From Schmidtea polychroa (taxonomy: Eukaryota): DNA of 64,000 nt. Below, in pieces: positions 1-15,099 of the stretch; position 1 is the first letter of the stretch; each line of letters starts with the position of its first letter. Under the pieces are notes generated by a model that was not told the origin of the DNA, did no database searches, and worked only from the letters and a program-made list of their open reading frames with translations. Location: the NCBI GenBank assembly GCA_044892525.1, contig CM097885.1, forward strand, positions 7,938,001-8,002,000, read 5' to 3'. Made by a program: the position numbers and the translations under genes.

Positions 1-1141
1 TGATATTACCGTACTCTAAAGGATTTACATATTATAAGCGAGAGAAAACCATTCGTGTCTAATTCAAGTAAATAGTGCCAACAATATATGTAATTTTGAC
101 AATTTGCAACATTAAATATGATCTGAAATCCAGATTTTATCATCTTTTCAGTGATGCTAAAATTATTTTATTAATGAAATGGTGCACTGGTGGTAAAATT
201 TTGACAATGTGATTTCAAAAATTTCAAATTAAAAATTTAATTTTGTTATTATTTTTAAGTTCAAAGATCAATTTAATTGTAAGTTTTATAGTCTATTTTG
301 TGGTACATAATTTAATTAATAATAATTAAAATCTAAAAATCTGTTCGTCAACATGTTAACTTCGTGGGAAATTATTTCATACATGCCTACTAAATTTTCA
401 AATCTGACACTTATTTATAAATTCGATATAATTTACATTATAAATTTAATTATCTATTTATTGATATCTAATATACTTTGGAAAATTTATTAGCAAAAAT
501 GTTATGTGTAATATAAAATTAATTAAATTATCTAATGCACATTGATTGCTTAAATGAAAATGTTTTTGATTTTGAATTTTTAATTTGACCAATTTCCTTA
601 AAAATTTGAACAAGTAGCATATCGAGTATGCTGATCAAAATTATTGTTATCAGTTATTAACATTACATGAACACGATATTCTTGAATTTAAAATGCAATA
701 AAATTAAAAGAATAATAATATTTTGTCGGAATTTATCAATTTGAGTTACAAAAATTTGAAATTAATTCCAGCAGAAATATTTTTTGATTAAAATATTTTT
801 ATAAGACTTAAAAAATCATCTATGTTCTCTAGATATGTGAGTGAATATGTATGTTTGTCCATAATGTAATAAGGCCCCTATTGATGGTTTTCAAATTTTT
901 TTAAAGTCATTATGTATTATCATAGTGAGAGAATTATGCATTTTGATTGATAAAATATGATGTATAAACAAATGTTCAACATTTTTGGCGAGGTTTTGCT
1001 ACTACTTTGCATAAATTAACTTAATGAGCAATTAGTTTGTAGATATTTTTTAGATACATTAATTTCTCGTAATTTATTTGTCATTATATAGGTGTAAATA
1101 GTAGTTATTAAAATTTAAATATTATTAACATTCACGACGGA

Positions 1142-1196
<55 letters not shown>

Positions 1197-1367
1197 TATA
1201 TTGATAATATATAAACAAATTATAAAATACATAAGTTTTAAATTATAAATAAAAATTTTCAATAATCAATTATATTAAAAATTTTGAAATTATTAAAAAT
1301 ATTATTTTAATTATTTTTTTTAATTATTTAACATAACTATTATTAATATACATCAACATACAAAAAC

Positions 1368-1615
1368 TTAATTAAAAACATTCAACACACAAGTATTCAC
1401 TGCATTCTGCACATTGATTTTAGGATTAAAGGTTCTTATCAATAATGCTTCACATATCACACGCTCAACACAATTATCAAACTTTTTTGATAAGATTTTA
1501 AAATCAGACATTCCTAATTCTCTCATACACACTTTATTGTGATCCTTAATATTGGACACTCCCTTCGGTCGACAGTGTTCTTGAACTTGAGTACAGAGAT
1601 GACACGTGAATCAAT
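1368..1615 (-). mobile_element. Penelope-like GIY-YIG endonuclease 3' fragment
   Basis: FKILSK...ERVICEALLIRTFNPKINVQ; homologous to 10926-11200. Confidence 0.7.
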
Positions 1616-1756
1616 ATTCAACGAAAAAGGAAGTTGAGAACAAATAATTTCAAAAAATAGTAATATATAAAAAATATATATATAATATATATAATATATA
1701 TAATATATAATATATATAATATATATAATATATATAATATATATATAATATATATA

Positions 1757-1789
<33 letters not shown>

Positions 1790-3310
1790 TAAATTGCTTT
1801 CCAGAATTTCAAGGGAATGTTTTGTCAAAAAATTCAAGCAAAAATTATACATTTTATTAGAGTAAATTTTCTTTAGAGGCAAAAACGAAACAAAAAATGG
1901 AAATTGGCAGTCACGAGAACTTTTGTCAAAATATTGTAATAATTTAATAGCATGCGTACTAGATTAGCAATCAGTTTCGAATTCAAAAATATTTGGTGGA
2001 GGGGGGGGGGGTGAGTTCATTCACATGAATTATTAACATATACAGACGGTGAATGGGAATTAGTATTTCTTTGAGTAAATGATCTGTTCCATTTATTATA
2101 ATAATTTATGATATTTTTGTCAATATGTTTACAGTAGTTTCTCCAAAATGAAAATAAAATAATTAGACAATTGATTGAAATGATTAATTTAATTCAAAAT
2201 AGTAAAAATAATTTAATTATAAAATAAAATATTATTCTAATACATTTGGAATTTATTATTATTATTATTAATATTATTATTATATATCTTGTTAAAACAA
2301 AATAAAATATTTTAAAGAAATATTGTAAATTAAAAATCGGAAATCAAAAAAATTAAATGATAATTGAATATTCAGACATAATATTTTAAATATTAAAACA
2401 AAAATTAAATTTATTGATTTTAAACATTTTAGGATTTTTTTGAAAATTTTATTGGTATACTAATTATATTTTATTAAAATAATTTCATTTTAATTCAATT
2501 TCCAAAGAAATGGAATTGTTAATATAATATTTCATGTTAATTTTAACACTATATTTATTATGCATTAAGAGTTTATGAGAAATAGTGTAAATATATATGA
2601 CAGTTCTATTTTTTTATTTTATGTCTAAAATATATTTTATTTTTGACAATTTATAATTATTTTACACTATATTGATGTTTATTTGGTAATTTTAATTTAT
2701 TTGATAAATATTTAATAAATTAATGTAATAAAATACCTGATGCATCTATATATGTGTGTTTGTGTGTTATGTGTATGAAACTTTGATGAATCCAGTTTCC
2801 TATTTCATAATTATGATTACATAGCAGTCTCTAACATTCTAGATTTATTATTTTTGATTATGATGTAATGATGTAAAAATATATAATTATTTTAAAATAT
2901 ATAGTAATTTTAATTTATTTGAAAATGTGTTATATTTTGTATATGGCATATGTCAATAATAAATAATAATATAATTAATAAAAAAATTATATAAAAAAAT
3001 TTATTTATAAATATTATAAATATATAATATAATATTAGTAATTATATTGAAATTTATGTAATAAAATCGATTTAATTAATTAAACAAATGAATTATTAGT
3101 AATTAATTGAACATCGTGTTTTAATTTATACTTTTAGTACATTCTATATAATATTCTATATAATAAACCTTAATATATTATTAGTTAATTGTTTAAAATG
3201 GTAACAAGTATTCCTCGAGAATAGATTAGTGATGCAGAAATTGAGTAAAGGCAGTTATACTTGTCCAGAATATTTTTAACAAATAACTGACCATAATGAT
3301 CATATTCTAC

Positions 3311-3443
<133 letters not shown>

Positions 3444-3589
3444 AAATACTGACCAAAGCATTTTGAACCTGATTAAATTGACGGGTTATGAGGTTTAAGA
3501 ATGGTTATAAGTACTGTTGTCAAATGTATTATTCAATTATTATAAATGTTTATTTATTTATATTTGTAATTTATACAATTATTATGTAG

Positions 3590-3961
3590 TTCTACCATCA
3601 GTCCCAGTGATTTATTATCGGCAGAAGAAACTTACCGATCATACATTAATCATAACTCCAATGAACAAAAACAATTACGTTGTCAATCCGAAACTTATTC
3701 TTGAATGCTTCACGAATGGTCTGGTGACCCCCTTACAATTTATATGGTATTGGAATCGACAAGTTGTCAGTGAAACAAATCAGCCAGAAGTTTCAATTAC
3801 AAGTCTATCGAATAACGGATCACAAATTGAACTGAGAATTGATCAACTGAAATCCAATGACAAAATTCAATGTCGAGTCGAAAATAAAGCCTCAAGAATG
3901 ATAAGAAAACGAATGAAAAGTTACATTGAACTTTCTGTAACAATAACAATACTATTTTACA
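3590..3961 (+). CDS. Exon of nephrin/Sns/SYG-2-like multi-Ig cell-adhesion gene (one Ig domain)
   Basis: Bounded by tgtag| and |gtaagt; 372 nt, phase 1-1. Reads LPSVP...LILECFTNG...FIWYW...DKIQCRVEN (Ig C-W-C). Confidence 0.85.
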
Positions 3962-5270
3962 GTAAGTTCACTTTTTAAAATATCAAAATAATAAAAATAA
4001 TAATATAAAATATTTAGTATATTTAAACAAAAAATGAAAATATATTTTTAATTTTTATTTATTTTAAATCCAGTCATACAAATGTCTTGTTTGGCTTAAA
4101 ATCTTTTTTATCAATAAAAATATTTATTTTTATTTTTTCAACAAAAACAACATTTGAAAAAAAAATCTGAAAAATTTAATGGGAAAATTCCGATAATGTA
4201 TCAGAAAAATCCTTTTGAAAATAGTTGTTATCTAATCAGATTAATGTATTTACTTACGGCTGAGAAAGTCGAATAAATAACCCGTTTGGCCGGCCTGTTC
4301 TTCGGAGGTCTGTGTTCAATTTCATTAATTTGATAAATGTTTTTTTTTCTTGCTGAATATCGCGTTTGGGCTGTAGGGAACCGCAATCGTTAAATGAGAC
4401 TCTCTGAAAAAAAAAATAAACGCCGACAATTTTTGATTTCTTAACCGATATTTCATGTAGATAAACTATAAATGGAATTTAATTATTTCGATGAATTTGT
4501 AAATATAATTTTGTCAATGATATTTCAATTTCTATTATTTTATTTTATTCATAGAATATTTTGTTTAAATCCATGTATTTTTTGATTTTTTATTTAAAAT
4601 TTGTTTATATTAAAGCCTGTGATTGGACAATAATTTTAGTTTGTTAGTATTGCACAAAATTAATTGACATCTAATCAACATATTTTGGAGGGAAATAATA
4701 AAAACAGGTGGTAACTTTTAAATATGTTTAAATGAAAAAGATTTTATTAATTAATTGAAAATAGTTTTCATGCTATTTTTATTTGCAAAGCCTATGGGGA
4801 AATAGGGATAAGTATTTAATTGTGGAAAATTAATAGGAAGTCCTAATTTGTTCATTTGTTTTTACCGGTTTAAGAAAGTGGGCGAAAACGTGCATATGTA
4901 GAAAGTTCAAATGAGAGGATTATATACTAATCTGTTTAAAATACAATTTTCTGATAGTAAATTTACCATTGAGAGTAATATATTTGTACAAATGTATGTG
5001 TGTGTGTTGTAAATAACGTTTCAATATTGTAGAATTTTAAAACTCAAACATTATTTAGTTGAAATTTGTCAAATTACTCCGTGATGACAATTTTTAAATC
5101 TTTTATATTAACTTCGACAAAGTTGAATGTATGTGGCACCAAGCCTCTTGTAGGCTAAATATCTGACGTTCAGTCATCACATAAAGCTGAAACTTAGCGA
5201 ATAGACTCATTGTTTTATTAAACGTCGGTGTTACCTACACAAACATTTCGAAATTGTGTTAAAGACAACA

Positions 5271-5771
5271 CATCAGAAAACGCTAGGAAACGGTTTCTAT
5301 AATGGTAGTTAGGTGCACACCAATTGTTTGCAACTCAACATTTATCAGAAAATGAATTTCATTTATTTTAGCCATTTTAGAAATGACTTTCAAGTAACTT
5401 TTAAAATTTTAAGTAATTTTTAAGAGTTTAATTTTGATATAGATCATTTTAATATAGATCATTTATTCAAGTTTCTAAATATTACTTATATTCAGAATTT
5501 ATTTTATAATTTATTTTAATTACTTTTCAGATATTTTTAAGAATTTTATGAATGTAATTTATAAAAACGTATTTCAGGGCAACGTTTCTATATATCCAAA
5601 GTTTGCATGTATTTAGTATGTGTTGTGTTTGTGTGCAATGTTTAATTTTTGTCATTGCACTATCAATGATAACATCAGCGTGAAATCAAAATGAATTTGT
5701 GTGTTTGTATATTATAAGATAATTGATTTTTTTCATATATTATAGGAAGCGTATTTCAATGGTTTCTGGTG
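5271..5771. mobile_element. Degenerate MITE, same family as 23107-23974
   Basis: Imperfect TIRs CATCAGAAAACGC.../...GGTTTCTGGTG; internal blocks shared with 23270-23390 and 23725-23810. Confidence 0.5.
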
Positions 5772-8700
5772 TAAAACATGAATTTTGAAAAATGATTGTA
5801 TGAATTTGATAATAATTTGAAAGTGTGAGATTTTGCATTCATTTTGTTTTCATGGTTAATTTTTATTATTTCATTTCATTTAGTGACACTAGAATATCTC
5901 TATCTAGCTTAAAATAATCACAATATTTATTGTATTACTGAATAATGGCTGACGATTAAAACACTGATTTTAATAGTTATATTTATTTACATTTTGAACT
6001 TCATCCCCATCTGACGCGATAATTTGAAAAAATATTTTAAGCCAAAATTTCTCATGTCATATGAAAAAACGGATAACTTGGAACTTTCTTATAACAAAAC
6101 GTTAATTTTAGGTTACATTATATTAGAAAATGTATTTACAGGCACTTCTCAATGATGTTCGCTATATGCGATTTTGGATCGCATCTAATAGAAAATACAT
6201 TATCAGAAAACTAACACCCAGACATAAAGATGATTTTTATTACAATCTGGAAAAGAATAATAATTTTTTTTAAAAGAAAGCTCTTAATTTGCAAATGATT
6301 TCAAATAAACAAACAAAATGGATAAAGGCGTTTTAATTTTAAAAGGCCAAACTAAAAAATTGCAAAAATTTTATTTTAAATTTTAATTACGAATATTATT
6401 ATTCTGATGAGTATTAGGATTTTCATCCGCTACAACATTAATATATGTTTGCAAATCACTAAATAAATCCATAAATTTTAATCAATAAATTTTACACTCA
6501 AAAACCTGTCTTTCTTATTTTTTTTATTTAAACAAATTTCAATTTTCCTTTTAAATTAACTTTTTTAAATTTAACAAAATTTCTAATTAGATCTTTAAGA
6601 ATCTATTAACTTCCTCATAATGAGCATTGTACTTTTGTTGAGATTCGTGTAAAGTAGCGCAAAATAAATTTGAATGTGTAAACTTTCAAATATGCCAACC
6701 GAAAAATGCTAAAACTTACAAAGTTCCGAATTAATTAAAAAGTCAAAAATTTGACGTATTCCGGAGGAAATTAATTTAATTAAATAATTAATTTATTAGC
6801 AATGTGGGAAACATGAGGCATGTAAATACTCGAACCATGTGAAAAGCTGAACAATAAATAAGATGATAATGAAATTATGCTTTCTCCCGAAAGATGCGAA
6901 ACGAGATCTTTGAGCAAAGCTGATTTGTCACCTGAATGATTATTTTGTTTTCAATAAATTTTGGTCGAAGGCTAATTCAATTATTTGATTAAGCAGGAGA
7001 AACATCAATATAAAAAGAAAATGCACTGGTAAACAAACGCCAGTTGGTTGAAGAAAAGAAATCAGTGACACTTTGAACAAAAAGTAAAGAATCTAAACTT
7101 TGGGTGACCTGCTTCGCTAGATATTTGGAGAAGAGTGCAGACCGAAAAGAGTATAATTCACAATTGTGTATCGAAACTTGTTGACGTTTAATAAAATATT
7201 CTGCGTTTCCTCTTATTTTAATTATTGAGAGAAATAGCACAAAATCCCAACACTTTTTATCAATAGTAAACATTTTATTTTATAACTATCAATTATTACA
7301 AAATATTTTAACTACCAGTCTTCAATAAAGTTTCATTTTAACGAAAAAATAATTTTATTTTATTTGCAGGAAAATTACTTATTTTATTTAATTTTGAATT
7401 ATAACTTAATTTTTAAAAATATTGTTGGATTTTATGATATCAAAATCAACCGTTGGTTACTCTAACTCCACGTGTTCCAAAATTAATAAACACAACTCCC
7501 AACGTATATTTGTTTTACAGAAAATGTACAATTTTCAATAATTAACGACACTTTTAGTTACCCACAATTTTCTCACAATTTCCGATCGAACTCCGCTCTG
7601 GAAGGTGTCGACCTTGTACGATTTAAAAATAAGTTTCATAATTTTGTTTGATTCCGCACTCTGATCCCAACTCTTTTAATACTTCTTTTCTAACTCTTCA
7701 ATTCCTCTTATAATTCGTTTTTCTTCTTTTATTTTATTCCTCGAAACCCTATCGTCCGTTTCTTATTCCCTACCTAAGGCTACCGCCGATTATGTGAATT
7801 TGAAGTTTCCTTATATACTATCATAATCGTTGTAATTACCCCATTTTTGACCTAATTGGTTTTGACTTCTTTGGTTATCATTCCCTAATTGGCTACTTCT
7901 GTTGACCCTCTTCGTAATTCCCCTTCTTTTGTTTATCCTCGTTTATTCGACTGTTTGGATAATTGCCCTCTGAATTCCTTGTTTGTTTATCCTTCCAAAT
8001 TGCCGCGCTCGGGTTTTCTTCATCGCTCGGGTTCTCCATTGGCTCCGGCTTCCCATTAGCTCGGGTTTCCCATTACCAAATTAATTAATTAATTAATTAA
8101 TATTTTGCTTTTTTCATATTTGCCTGTTAACGACCCTTTCTAAACATTCTCTAACAATTTCTTGCTCATTGTCTTCTTCATTATCCTCTAATCTATCCTT
8201 TTCCCGTTTTCCAGTTTCAATTTCGATAACTTTTCACTTTATTCCACTTCCTCAGGTTTGCGCATTTTTCCATTTCGTGTCTGATTGTACCCTTTTATAG
8301 TTCTGTTTTTATCGTATCTTTCTTTGCTATTGCTTCTCTGCTTGACCGCCATTCAATTTCGGTTTTCCTTTTAATATGAACTATATAATTTAATAATTTA
8401 CTTTTAAAACCTCAACAATATAATTGTATATTAAGATAATTTTAAATTGTATGAATATAAATATTTTAAATTTTGGTATTCAAAACCGAAATCACAAAAG
8501 TTAAGTTTGTTTAAGGGAGATTAAAGCCACATAGTTTTTTATTTTCCCATTTTCACTGAATTAGAGAAGACAAACGGAGTGACTAATCGATACGAAATAT
8601 TGCACAAGTATACACTAGGCCAACCTATGTCACGCAAATCTATGTATTTGTATTTACAGTTTGCAGTAAATTGTTTATCATATTTATGAGAAAGTAGATT

Positions 8701-9953
8701 CGCGTTGCTCCATATAAAAATTTAGAATTAAATTTAGGTTTAGAATAACTTATTTCGGTAATATACAATTCCTGACTAATTCGCGGAAGATAAAAAATTG
8801 TTAGAAAAACTATAATCTTGAGAAATAGCACATTTTTCAAAATCCACCACATTCATATTCACAATTATACAAACATATAAACTTGCCAAATAATACAAAC
8901 TTATAAAAAAATATGTATTTTTGAGATTAATAAGTTTTAGAGTGCATGACTCCTTCGTAAGATAAGAAAAACATGTAACACACTTTATCTATAAATAATA
9001 AAGATATTCAGGGTCACTTGTGATTTTCAGGTGATTTTCACCAAAATGCTGACTTCATTCAACATTACAATTTTAACACAATGATTCACGGTCATACACC
9101 TTGGAAAAATGTAGTAATTACAATTTTGAAAGATTTTTATTTTTTACTCTTCAATTTATCCTTAATAAAAAAACATTAATCAGTTTTATATAACTGTTTT
9201 TTATTATTAAAACAAAAATCAGATAACTATAATATCTGGTTGATCATATCAGTAATCACATGCTACTCGTGTTGATTATTCGAGGCATTTATATTGATTT
9301 ATAGTCGAAATGTAAATGAAGATAAATAGAGATAATAGACAAGTAATTGAAATAGTACATTATAAAAGTAAAATGTATTTGATATATTTTATCCTTTTCT
9401 ACAAGATATTTTTAATTATTTAAAAGCTATTATTGCATAGAATATAAAATTAAATTAAATGATTTGTTTTAATGTAAAAACACATTTTTTGAAAATATAA
9501 CCTAATTGGTATAGCTGAACGTGATATTTATCTATTTCTTTCATTTGTCTTTGTCGTAAATTATGCGAAAATTGTCATGTTAAAGAATGAATACAGCAAT
9601 TTTGGGAAATTCGTTCTGATTGGAAGCATATTTTACCCATTTATTGTCAACGGAAAATCAAGCGATAATTCAGTTAATGCTTATATATTATTTACCGACT
9701 AAAACAAAAAAAAGAAATAATCGCCACATCGATAGCAACTGGTCATTTTTCATCACTTTCAATTAAAATGTGTCGAAAAGGATACCCGGATTCCATTGAA
9801 TTCTTAAGAAAAATACTTATTAATTATTTTATTTTTGACACACGTAGAGTGATATTATTTGTGACATGATGTTCACGCTGATATTAATCTAAGTTTATTT
9901 ATTTATTTATTTATTTTAGTTTTTAAGTAATTAATTAATTTATTTATTGTTAG

Positions 9954-10325
9954 GTTTTCCTGGAGAACCGCAAATCTTGAATTTGTCAGTTTTAAGCAGT
10001 AAAGTCTTTGAAGACAAGGAGACCTTAAATATGGTTTGCCGGGTATCTCCTGTTGGGTCCCCAATTCCGGAAATCCGAATCTATTGGGATTTCAATTCGA
10101 TTTCTTTAAAAAGATTTCGAAATTTCAAGTTAGACAACTCAAACGGCAATAAGATGGAAATCAAGTCTCAAAGAATTACTATAGATTCGTTCAAAGACGA
10201 ACTCAGTGGAAATATTTTTGACTTGCGTCTTTCAAAATGGCATCATGCGGCAAATATAACGTGTTTAATTAAACAACTTTTACTGAAAAATAACTTTTTT
10301 TCTACTGTCAGAATTCACGTTAAAC
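9954..10325 (+). CDS. Exon of nephrin-like Ig gene (Ig domain)
   Basis: Bounded by ttag| and |gtaagt; 372 nt, phase 1-1. Reads FPGEPQI...NMVCRVSPVGSPIPEI.IYW...HHAANITCLI. Confidence 0.85.
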
Positions 10326-10889
10326 GTAAGTAAATTTGCAGTATATATGTAATATTGCATAAAATTACATATTAAAATATAATGTATTTAATAAAAATAC
10401 AAAATAATCAATAAATACAATGAGCGAGGGGCTTAATAGGTGAAAACATAAAAATAATTTATTTCGACAACCACAATAAATTCAAAAATGACATTTTAGG
10501 GTTGTCATTAAAGAAAATCTAAAGACTAAGATGACATAAATTAAAACAAATATCGTGTATGAGGATTTTCCTATATAGAGGATAACGAATTTCTCAAATA
10601 TATGTCACTGTAGTTGAGGAATTAATCAAAAATAAAACAAAATAATAAAAAAATAATGTTGATAAATTTATTAAAAATCCTAAGGATCCATGTTTGAGAA
10701 AATCTGAGTGTGATTTTGTTGAGGTGTGTCAGTTTGATGAGTTAAATAAATTAATTAGTACTAAATTAAACATGAGCCTAAATTTGTGTATTGCCGTACT
10801 CAGAAGGTTTGAAAGATTATAAAGGGAAGATAAGAAAGCAGTTAGGAAATTTAAACTATAGGATAGGGTCAAATTCATGAAAAGTACGC

Positions 10890-11225
10890 AATATATTTAT
10901 TAATAAGTCTAAAACTCCAGTCGAATTGTGTTATGATATCGTTTATCAGTTTACATGTAATGGGTGTAATGCCACATACATTGGAGAGACTTCCCGTCGT
11001 CTCTGTATTCAAGCTCTAGAGCACTATAGACTGAAGGCATTGATCAATATTAGTGAGCACAATAAGGGCTGTAAGAGTAAAACAGGTATGTCTAGATTTA
11101 GAATTTTATTAAAAAATTCAATAATTATGGAGAAAGTGTAATTTATGAAGCGTTATTGATAAAGTCATTGAATCCTAAAATTAAAGTGCGAAATGAGTGA
11201 ATGAGTGTTTTAAATGTTTTTAAAT
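10890..11225 (+). mobile_element. Penelope-like GIY-YIG endonuclease fragment
   Basis: IVYQFTCNGCNATYIGETSRRL...EH, then EALLIKSLNPKI in another frame. Confidence 0.8.
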
Positions 11226-13678
11226 AATTTTTTTTATATTGTATATATGGATTGTTGTTGTTAAATAAATTATTAATAAATTACTAAATTAATTTCAATA
11301 TGTTAAAATTTAAAAAAATATATACATTATTATAGTATTATTTAAATTATAATTTTTAAAAGAATGAAATGCTTTTATTAAAACATTTTTTTATATAATT
11401 AATAATTAATGCAATTAATAAATTTGTTTAAGCATCCTTAATTTTTATAGTTATTATATCCTATCTGATGATGACAGGAAAACTGTCGCTTTCTTATAAT
11501 TAAATCGTTGCCATGTATGTTTAACTATTTATTCAAAAGTAATAAAAGTTAAAAACCTTTATCCACTTAACATAATAATAAAACAAAGTTTCAATTGTTA
11601 GGTTTTTTATTATATTAGTGAACAAGAGGGTCCAGTACTCTATTAAATTAAACATTAGCTATTCAATAATGATTTTCTCTTATTTTGTTTTTAGTAATCT
11701 CCATCAATAAAAGCAATGTTCTTACACATTTTATTTTTAAATGAGATTTTATTATGATTTTTGTGCACTAAAAATTTCTTTTTTATAATCAAAAGTGTTC
11801 CGTAACCATCCAAGTAGACACAGATTGTCACCAAATTAAATATTAATAAATAAGTATATATATATATATATGAAATTAGATATCGAGTCATGGCAAAACG
11901 TGACTATTAATAGAAACTTTGTATGGAAATATTCGAAAAGTAATTAATTCACCTAGATTGCCACTTGTGATTTTAAATAAACTTGCCATTGGAAAAAGTA
12001 AATTTATATTTAAAAAATTAAAATTTCTAATCAGGGATTGAGGTGGACCCTGTGAGTGTAGGGATAAGGTAATGGCACCAAGCAAATACAATATTTATTT
12101 TTTACATTACTGAAGTAAATCGGTGGAAACCTTCAATAAATAAAAACACATCGGGAGTCAGTTTTAGGGCCAGATTTTAATTTAAACAAAGAGTTCAAGA
12201 TAAATTAGTTTTTGTTCATTTTTGTTTCAAAGCTATGAATTTGTAAAGAAAAATTTATTGAATAGAAATGAATGTTATTAATTGAATTATATAAATATAA
12301 TATTAATTACATTTTGAAAGCAAAGCGACTAAATAGTAATTATGACATGGTGTCATAAAATTATTTTATTTTTAACATATTTCAATAAATTTTTACAAAT
12401 TTATTATAATGATAAAAATTAAAAATATTATAAATTTTATAATATTATTATATAATTTATTTATAATTGTACGTTACTTCAATTTGATTGGATCTTAAAT
12501 AAAATAGTCAACTGTGTGTCACTTCAAATTTTATTGGCTAGACTTTAATTACTGTCACAGTGGACCTTAATAATTGGCTAGTGTAAATAATAAAAGGATC
12601 AAAGGTTGACGGGTACAAGATTATGATTTGAGTCAAACTAGAAAAGAGAAAATTCCTCATCATGATTGATCAAAACAATTATTTATAGACACGAAGATTT
12701 AAAAAAAGATTTTACCAATTTTTTCGAAAATTCAGGGAAATAATACAAATTTTGCCAATTAAATTAATTCGGAATTAATTAAAATAAAGATATTTTGATA
12801 ATTTTATTAAATCAAAATTATAGCTTAAAATGTGTTCTTTCATTATTTTCTACTACATTTGATTTAAATGAATAAAAAACATTTAGTGAAAAGATAATTT
12901 AAACAATTGAAACTTAAAAAACATTTACGTCAAATATAATCAAAAGGCACTTCATAAATTAAAAAGACTTCAAAAAATTTTCAAAATAGTTATGACAATA
13001 TTTATTGATAATTTCATTGTTTTATTGGCAAGTTGGTAAAAAATAAAAAACATTTTTTCTAATAAGTGAAATTTAATTTTTTTCTTCTTTTAATCATTTG
13101 AAGGTAATTAGAATTATTAAAACAATTTAACTTAATATAAAATATTAAGTTTAATTTGTTTTTAAATTTTATTTTATAAATATTATTATTATATTCAAAA
13201 AAATAAATTAACCAAATTAATTAATAAAATTTATTTATTTATTATGATGATTTTTAAAATATTTTTTAAAATTAAATTAATCTCTTTCAATATTTTCTCT
13301 TCATTATTTGTCATTAAATGAAAAATTAAAAAGTAATTCTGTTTCAGTATTAAAAAATAAGTCAGAATGAAAAGAAAACAGGCAAATGTAAGACGAATAA
13401 TTATTAGTATTAATTGTCATACTAAAATAATTTCAAAACGGTAATAACAAAGTAAAGGAAATTAATTAAATTGTCAAAAAGATAATTATATCATTGAGCT
13501 AGTATTGCTTCTGTAAACCTTCAATAAATATTATATCAAGTTAATTAAAATATTTTTGTTATTTAATTATTATTTTTTTATTCAATGTATTTTTTAATAA
13601 AGAAATTAATAAATAAAATAAATTTAATAAATAATTCTCTCGAAAATAAAACAAAAATAAACGTTAAGAGCAATATTT

Positions 13679-14603
13679 GGCTATATGTAACAACAGCCCC
13701 CCTAATTGCAATTAAAGAATTAACATTAAAAGGCAATTAAAAATCAATGGCTATATGTTTAATTATTTTAATTTAATTAATTTTTAATAAGTTTTTGAAA
13801 AAAAAGAAAATTAAAAAATAACACAGAATAAAAGTAAAATCAATTTATTGCAAGTGACCTCATCAAATTACAAAATACATCAACTTCTATATAACTCTGC
13901 AATTCACCTACGTGGGTACCATTCATAGCTTTCAATTTTCTCTTTGCATCAGACCAAAAACCTTCGATTACATTGGTGTTAACTTCTGTAATTGGATCTT
14001 TATACCACAATGAATGATTAACACTTTGATGACCCTAAGGTCCAAACAATGACAATGGTGATGGTATATTTATAGCATAATTTGACCTCCCGTATAGACA
14101 GAAAACTCATCAGTCCAAATTAGTGTACCATTTTTTATTTCATTTATCGGTAAAAGAGTAGATTGTTTATACAATTTACTTACTCTTAAATTACTATTCT
14201 TAGAAGAATGATAAGTTAGTGTTTCAAAGGATGACTTATAAAATAAAATTAAAGTTTTCTGAGCAAAAGTATTGTGTTTGAAAAAAACTGCCAGTATGTA
14301 AACTTACTTCACACCTGCAATTGTGCTTCTGCATCTCCAAACAAACGTAGAAATAACCCTGTTTTTTCTAACACATTTCCTAGGTTGACTACAAATTCTA
14401 CATGAATGGTGTTGTTCTAAAAACCAAGCTTCACCAAAATCAAAGGAGTAGACAACTCAGTCATGTCCGTGGACATTTTTATACTTTTATATTTATAGAA
14501 ATAGATAATAATAAAATATGTAATTAATTTAATTGATTTTTATTTGCGTTTTAATGTTAATTTGTTAATTGCAATTAAGGGGCGACTGTTGTTACATATA
14601 GTC
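13679..14603 (-). mobile_element. Merlin (IS1595/ISXO2-like) DNA transposon, internally deleted
   Basis: ~70-bp TIRs (G.CTATATGTAACAACAG); exact 8-bp TSD CAATATTT at 13671-13678 and 14604-14611. Minus strand encodes HQSVNHSLWYKDPITEVNTNVIEGFW. Confidence 0.85.
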
Positions 14604-15099
14604 CAATATTTTATATAAGATAATGTAAAGCAAGCAAATATAATGTAATTTTGATTAAATTTTAATAGCAATAAGAGAAAATTTAATTTATTAATAATTA
14701 TTTCAATTAAAAAGAAACAAATAATTAATTAAATTTTCCAATTAATTATATACATTTTTATTATGTTTTTTAAACTTATTTATTAAAATTTATTAAACCT
14801 GTTTAATTCTGACTACTCGCGTTTGTGTGCGCATAACTACTTTTGCACATACTGAATAGTCAAATTTTGATAGTGTGTGCATGTGAGTGATATAAGAATT
14901 ATGATGATTAGTTATTTATCAATTCTTTTCGCCCAACCATGAAAACACCGAATGACCTTTGATTAACTTTTATTTTCATATTTTAATTGACAATATAGAC
15001 TTATATTTTGACAGACAATGTAAAATATATTAATGACAGAATAAATACAATTTTTGACAAAAAATATAACAATCTATTTAATCAACTATAACTTTTTCA

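Noticed and set aside
7480..8400. Pyrimidine-skewed block resembling a gag-like relic on the minus strand (similar doubt for 49400-50450 and 58900-59810)
   Set aside because: No diagnostic motif could be read.
11465..11495. Hammerhead-like CTGATGA-T-GACAG GAAAA CTGTC downstream of a GIY-YIG relic
   Set aside because: The GAAA core and cleavage triplet are missing; at most a decayed remnant.
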